A stretch of 64,000 nt of DNA from an uncultured Polyangiaceae bacterium. Lineage in GTDB: Bacteria > Pseudomonadota > Alphaproteobacteria > Rhizobiales > Afifellaceae. The notes under the pieces are model-generated. The model did no database searches and had not been told where the DNA came from. It saw nothing but the letters and a program-made list of their open reading frames with translations. Positions 59,184-64,000 of the stretch are shown here, in pieces. Location of the stretch: NCBI GenBank assembly GCA_964196155.1, contig CAXMRP010000045.1:3373-67372 (forward strand), read 5' to 3'. Both the position numbers and the translations under genes were made by a program. Positions within the stretch are counted from its first letter, which is position 1; every line of letters begins with the position of its first letter.

Positions 59184-59199
59184 TTAACAGAGAATTAAC
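59184..59199. promoter_or_regulatory. candidate CtrA box upstream of tolC
   Basis: TTAACAGAGAATTAAC is an exact match to TTAA-N7-TTAAC. Confidence 0.4.
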
Positions 59200-59377
59200 T
59201 GTTACAAATATAGCTTGCGGTCGGGATCAATCCGATAATCAGGTAGCCAGGGCCATTGGCTGTCAGGGAAATCCCCTGCATTTGTCGGGAATTCCCGATA
59301 TCCGGCCCGGCGACAGGATTGTCGGGCTTCTGGTTTCGGTTGGGTGATTGCGGGGTAAAAGCGTGCCGAAATTGCGG

Positions 59378-60745
59378 ATGGTGACCAGGTTCGCGACGGT
59401 CTTGTTGATCGGATTGCTGATTGTCGGTAAGTCGTCGCCCGGTTTTGCCGAAACGCTGATTCACGCACTTGCCTCAGCCTATTCAAATAATCCGCAGGTC
59501 AATGCCGCGCGGGCGGCGACACGGGCCGCCGATGAAAATGTGCCATTGGCGCGGTCATCGTTGCGACCGATCATCACGGGCAACACGGGAATCACCGCCG
59601 CCACATCCAGTTCCCGGACGGGCGGACTGGGCATGAACAGAGACAGCATTGATGGATCGGTGGGTATCACTGTCACTCAGGATATTTTTCGCGGATTTCG
59701 GACAAAGAACGCCATATTGGGCGCCAATGCCGGGGTAGAGGCAAGCCGCGAAGCGCTGCGAAACACAATTCAGAATGTGCTGTTCGACGGAGCGGAAAGC
59801 TACATGAACGTATTGCGCGATGAGGCGCTGTTGGGTCTGGGCCGCCGCAATGTCGGATTTCTGAACGAACAGCTACGCGCCGCCCGCGATCGTTTTGAGG
59901 TTGGTGAAAACACCCGCACCGATGTTGCCCAGACTGAGGCGCGCCTGAGCGCGGCGACCGCCGATGTCAGTCTTGCCCAGGCAAACTTGCAGGCAAGCCA
60001 AGCTGTCTATCGTCAGGTTATCGGTCACGATTCAAAGCGCCTGACGCCGGGATTCAGTTTCCGCAATCTATTGCCGAAATCATTCCGCAGCGCGCTAAAA
60101 GTAGCGCAGTCGGAGCACCCCGCCGTGCTCAGCGCCATCCACAGTGCTGATGTCGCGGCATACGAGGTCAAGCAGATCGAAGGCGAATTACTGCCGACAG
60201 TCAGCCTGGAAGGGTCTGCCAGACACTTTTTTGGGATCGACAATTCGAATTATTCTAGCGACGCATCGATCGGCGGCCGCGTATCCATTCCGATTTATCA
60301 GGGCGGCGCCGTATCGGCACGGGTGCGCCAGTCCAAGGAAACCCTGGCCCAGCGCCAGATTGAAGTCGATGTATCCCGCGATCGGGTGCGTGCCGCCACC
60401 GTCGCCTCATGGGGGGCGCTGGAAGCGGCAAGAGCCGCAATTACTTCGGCGACCGCGCAGGTTGAAGCATCTTCGATCGCGCTCAACGGGGTGCAGGAGG
60501 AGCAAAAGGTTGGTCAGCGTACCACGCTGGACGTACTCGATGCCCAACAGGAACTTCTCGATGCCCGGGTCAGCCTTGTCCTTACCCAGCGCGCCAGTGT
60601 CGTTGCGTCCTTCGCGGTCATGTCGGCAATCGGTTGGCTGAACGAGAACAAGCTCAATTTGCCGGTGGAACGATACAATCCCCAGGATCATTTTGATGCC
60701 GTTCGCGACAGATGGTATGGAACATTGACACCGGATGGACGTTAG
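59378..60745 (+). CDS. tolC: TolC-family outer-membrane efflux channel
   Basis: Signal peptide followed by the duplicated OEP repeats typical of TolC (TDVAQTEARL..., TLDVLDAQQELLDAR). TTG 59348 is an alternative start. Confidence 0.9.
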   Translation: MVTRFATVLLIGLLIVGKSSPGFAETLIHALASAYSNNPQVNAARAATRAADENVPLARSSLRPIITGNTGITAATSSSRTGGLGMNRDSIDGSVGITVTQDIFRGFRTKNAILGANAGVEASREALRNTIQNVLFDGAESYMNVLRDEALLGLGRRNVGFLNEQLRAARDRFEVGENTRTDVAQTEARLSAATADVSLAQANLQASQAVYRQVIGHDSKRLTPGFSFRNLLPKSFRSALKVAQSEHPAVLSAIHSADVAAYEVKQIEGELLPTVSLEGSARHFFGIDNSNYSSDASIGGRVSIPIYQGGAVSARVRQSKETLAQRQIEVDVSRDRVRAATVASWGALEAARAAITSATAQVEASSIALNGVQEEQKVGQRTTLDVLDAQQELLDARVSLVLTQRASVVASFAVMSAIGWLNENKLNLPVERYNPQDHFDAVRDRWYGTLTPDGR

Positions 60746-60884
60746 CGCCGGCGTTGGGGGGCATGCGGGCGTTATCGACAATTTTTTCCGATCGTCCTAA
60801 CCGGTCGATAACGTTAAGATCGGGTTTCCTTTCATTAACAGTGTTCTTGTAAGATGAGGCCGATTCGTACCCATTGGTGGTGCG

Positions 60885-62042
60885 GTGGCCGATCAGGAAA
60901 TGGCAAGACCCATGGGTAATCCCGACACAGCGCATGAACCGTCCATGGAAGAAATTCTGGCCTCGATCCGCCAGATAATTTCGGACGATACCGACGAAGA
61001 TGCCACGCAAGATGCGGCAACCGATACTGAAGGGGATGCAGCCGAGACTGCCACCGACGACGGCGAAGCCGAATCCACTTCAGATTCAGATGATGCCAGC
61101 GCCGATGATACTGATAATTCCGATGCAGCAAGTGCCAGCGACGAGGGGGACGAAACCGATGACCCCGACCTGGCGCAAGACGGCGAAGACAGCCAGGCCG
61201 AAGACACCGAATTAGCTACTGATTCTGATGATGATGAAGAAACAGCCGGCGCCTGGGAAACCGACGAAGAATCCGACGAAGAATCCGACGACGAGACTGG
61301 CGAAGAATCCGACGATTTCACATCGCAGGATGATGACCTGACGGCATTTGGCGATACCAGCGACGATGATGCCAGTGACAATGATACCAGCGCCGCCGAC
61401 GACGATTCGGATCGGGAAACCGACTTCGACACGAATACAGACACCGGCGTGGCTGATACAATCGAGTTGTCCGATGAGTCCGGCGGCGATGATGAGCCGG
61501 AATTGCCGGCTGCCGCTCAGCTTGCCGCCAGCCTGAATGAAATGAGCAGCCCGGCACCTGATAGTCCGACGTCCGAGATCGAAGACACATTTGCCAGCGC
61601 CATCGCCCACGAACTGAGTGCTGCAGGTTTGCCGGGCGCCGACAGCCTGTCCGCGACCGCCAGCCCGGCAGGCTTGCACGGTGACGACAAGACAATACCG
61701 CCGATTGTTGAATTCTCGAATTCAGAACAGGATACACAAGCTGTGCCCAATACTGCGAAAATTGAAACCAGCGACACCAGTCCCCGTAATACTGGCCCCC
61801 GTAACTCTGGCCAGGGCGCTCAGGATGACAACCTTCTGTCGCAAGATACCGGTGAAGCCGTATCTGGCGCGTTCAACGCCTTGACCCATACAATATTGGC
61901 GCAAAACGCCCGCACACTCGACGATCTGGTTCGCGAAATGCTGGAGCCGATGTTGAAAGAGTGGCTCGACGACAATTTGCCCTCGCTGGTTGAGCGCATG
62001 GTGCGGCAGGAAATCGACAGGGTATCGCGCGGTCGCAAATAG
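60885..62042 (+). CDS. popZ: pole-organizing protein PopZ (DUF2497) with a very long acidic linker
   Basis: N-terminal MEEILASIRQIISDD and C-terminal LDDLVREMLEPMLKEWLDDNLPSLVERMVRQEIDRVSRG are the two conserved PopZ modules. The start is ambiguous (GTG 60885, ATG 60900 or ATG 60912). Confidence 0.85.
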   Translation: MADQEMARPMGNPDTAHEPSMEEILASIRQIISDDTDEDATQDAATDTEGDAAETATDDGEAESTSDSDDASADDTDNSDAASASDEGDETDDPDLAQDGEDSQAEDTELATDSDDDEETAGAWETDEESDEESDDETGEESDDFTSQDDDLTAFGDTSDDDASDNDTSAADDDSDRETDFDTNTDTGVADTIELSDESGGDDEPELPAAAQLAASLNEMSSPAPDSPTSEIEDTFASAIAHELSAAGLPGADSLSATASPAGLHGDDKTIPPIVEFSNSEQDTQAVPNTAKIETSDTSPRNTGPRNSGQGAQDDNLLSQDTGEAVSGAFNALTHTILAQNARTLDDLVREMLEPMLKEWLDDNLPSLVERMVRQEIDRVSRGRK

Positions 62043-62084
62043 CCCCGGGCATGGCCGTTTGATTGGCCACAAGTCAGTTTGACA

Positions 62085-62115
62085 AACGCGTCGCATTGCG
62101 GCGCGTTTTTCATTT
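62085..62115 (+). terminator. Rho-independent terminator after popZ
   Basis: AACGCGTCGC-att-GCGGCGCGTT followed by TTTTTCATTTT. Confidence 0.8.
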
Positions 62116-62249
62116 TGGCCAAGATGAAATGTGATGCCGACGCCGGTCTGTCGGCAACCCGGCCGGGCAAGCGGTTGACAGTGCGCCGCTCCATGCGTTT
62201 AACCGCCGCGAATTCAGCGCCCCGAAAGACCAATCTTGAAAGCTCGATA

Positions 62250-64000
62250 ATGGAAAAGACTTTCGATGCCGCAAAGGCCGAGCCGGCTATTCGCGACAAG
62301 TGGGAAAAGGCCGGCGCATTTAAGGCCGGCGCCGGGGCGCAAGCGGGCGCCGATCCTTATTGCATCGTCATCCCGCCGCCCAATGTCACCGGCTCGCTGC
62401 ACATGGGCCACGCCCTGAACAATACGCTGCAGGATGTGCTGGTGCGCTTTGAGCGCATGCGCGGCAAGGCGGTGTTGTGGCAACCGGGCATGGACCATGC
62501 CGGTATCGCCACCCAGATGGTCGTTGAGCGCCAGATGATGGAACAGCAGGAGCCGGACCGCCGGGCGATCGGGCGCGAGGCTTTTGTCGAGAAAATCTGG
62601 AAGTGGAAAGACGAATCCGGCGGCATCATTGTCAACCAGTTGAAACGCCTTGGCGCCTCCTGCGACTGGTCGCGGGAGCGCTTCACCATGGATGACGGCC
62701 TGTCGGCTGCCGTGCGCAAGGTCTTCGTCGCACTCCACAAGCAAGGCCTGATCTATCGCGACAAGCGCCTTGTCAATTGGGATCCAAAGCTGCGCACCGC
62801 CATATCCGATCTGGAAGTGGAGCAGGTCGAGACCAACGGCCATCTGTGGCACTTCCGCTATCCGCTGGAAGGTGGCGCGACGTACAAATATCCCGTTGCC
62901 TATGACGAAGCGGGTGCGGCAACCGAATGGGAGGAACGGGATTACATCACCGTCGCCACCACCCGGCCCGAAACCATGTTGGGCGACACCGGCATCGCCG
63001 TTCATCCCGACGATGAGCGCTACAAATCCCTGATAGGCAAGTTCGCTGTGCTGCCACTGGTTGGCCGTCGTATCGAGATAGTCGCCGACGACTATGCCGA
63101 TCCTGAAGCTGGATCGGGCGCGGTCAAGATTACCCCGGCGCATGATTTCAACGATTTCGAGGTGGGCCGGCGCAACGACCTCAAAGCCATCAACATCATG
63201 GATATCGAGGCCAATATCGTCCTTCGCGACAATGACGATTTTTTGGCTGGCCTTGAACAGTCGGCAGAGCTCTCAAAGACTTTGGATGCGGTCCACGGCA
63301 TTGACCGGTTTTCGGCGCGCGAGCGCATCGTCGCCTTGATGGACGCGCGCGGTTTGCTGGCCGAAGTCGTCGATCATCACCACGCCGTGCGCCACGGTGA
63401 TCGCGGCCGCGTGCCGATCGAGCCGTTCCTGACCGACCAATGGTATGTCGACGCCAAGACGCTTGCCGCACCGGCAATCAGAAGCGTGCGCGAAGGCCGC
63501 ACGGTCTTTGTCCCGAAAAACTGGGAAAAGACCTATTTCGACTGGATGGAAAACATCCAGCCCTGGTGCGTCTCCCGGCAATTGTGGTGGGGCCACCGGA
63601 TTCCGGCCTGGTACGGACCCGATGGCGAAATCTTTGTCGCCGGCGATGAACCCGACGCCCAAAAAGCTGCTGACGAACACTATGGCAAATCCGTCGAAAT
63701 CACCCAGGACGAGGACGTGCTCGACACCTGGTTTTCGTCGGCCCTGTGGCCGTTCTCCACCCTCGGTTGGCCCGACGAGACCCCGGAACTGGTCAAATAT
63801 TACCCGACTTCGGTTCTGGTCACCGGTTTCGACATTATTTTCTTCTGGGTCGCCCGGATGATGATGATGGGCCTCCAATTTATGGAGGAGGAGCCATTCC
63901 ACACGGTCTACATTCACGCGCTGGTCCGCGACGAAAAGGGCGCAAAAATGTCCAAGTCGCGCGGCAATGTCATCGATCCGCTGGAACTGATCGACGAATT
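62250..64000 (+). CDS. valS: valyl-tRNA synthetase, N-terminal part (runs off the window, so absent from the ORF track)
   Basis: Translates to [27 protein letters not shown]...[21 protein letters not shown] (HIGH motif). The frame stays open to base 64000. Confidence 0.93.
   Translation, partial: MEKTFDAAKAEPAIRDKWEKAGAFKAGAGAQAGADPYCIVIPPPNVTGSLHMGHALNNTLQDVLVRFERMRGKAVLWQPGMDHAGIATQMVVERQMMEQQEPDRRAIGREAFVEKIWKWKDESGGIIVNQLKRLGASCDWSRERFTMDDGLSAAVRKVFVALHKQGLIYRDKRLVNWDPKLRTAISDLEVEQVETNGHLWHFRYPLEGGATYKYPVAYDEAGAATEWEERDYITVATTRPETMLGDTGIAVHPDDERYKSLIGKFAVLPLVGRRIEIVADDYADPEAGSGAVKITPAHDFNDFEVGRRNDLKAINIMDIEANIVLRDNDDFLAGLEQSAELSKTLDAVHGIDRFSARERIVALMDARGLLAEVVDHHHAVRHGDRGRVPIEPFLTDQWYVDAKTLAAPAIRSVREGRTVFVPKNWEKTYFDWMENIQPWCVSRQLWWGHRIPAWYGPDGEIFVAGDEPDAQKAADEHYGKSVEITQDEDVLDTWFSSALWPFSTLGWPDETPELVKYYPTSVLVTGFDIIFFWVARMMMMGLQFMEEEPFHTVYIHALVRDEKGAKMSKSRGNVIDPLELIDE

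Overview
High-GC (~60%) alphaproteobacterial chromosome segment. Gene order resembles Hyphomicrobiales/Rhizobiales, but that placement is inference from synteny only. Most of the window is core housekeeping, in this order: metY (partial), SDR, ndk, katG, argC, rne, an AmiC-like amidase, PBP1A, prfB, M23 peptidase, a large AsmA/YhdP-like protein, tyrS, a GGDEF-EAL protein, the suf Fe-S operon (nifS-like, sufBCDS, sufT, sufA), TfoX-N, a DEAD-box helicase, cfa, MaoC, VOC, two outer-membrane proteins, GNAT, a cysK-alaX-sseA operon, BON-LysM, tRNA-Asn, a cobalamin-riboswitch-controlled cbtBA-cobPWNOQ operon, cobD, tRNA-Cys, pcm, tolC, popZ and valS (partial). I found no rRNA, CRISPR array, transposase, integrase or phage gene. 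I did not recognise a clear multi-gene novel system. The best leads are: (1) two low-GC cargo insertions with no recombinase gene, each bounded by an exact duplication of a gene's 3' end. One is 955 bp at the helicase 3' end and carries an orphan secreted protein. The other is 2222 bp at the cobQ 3' end and carries a VPLPA/PEP-CTERM protein plus a LuxR regulator, leaving a displaced cobQ tail. (2) A ~105-bp double-hairpin intergenic repeat family with five copies, one inverted pair bracketing prfB. (3) Regulatory motifs: a perfect Irr ICE box between ndk and katG, a perfect CtrA box upstream of tolC, and the prfB +1 frameshift site, which the ORF track misses. Start codons are often ambiguous and alternatives are noted. 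Functions were assigned by reading the translated proteins; no database search was run.
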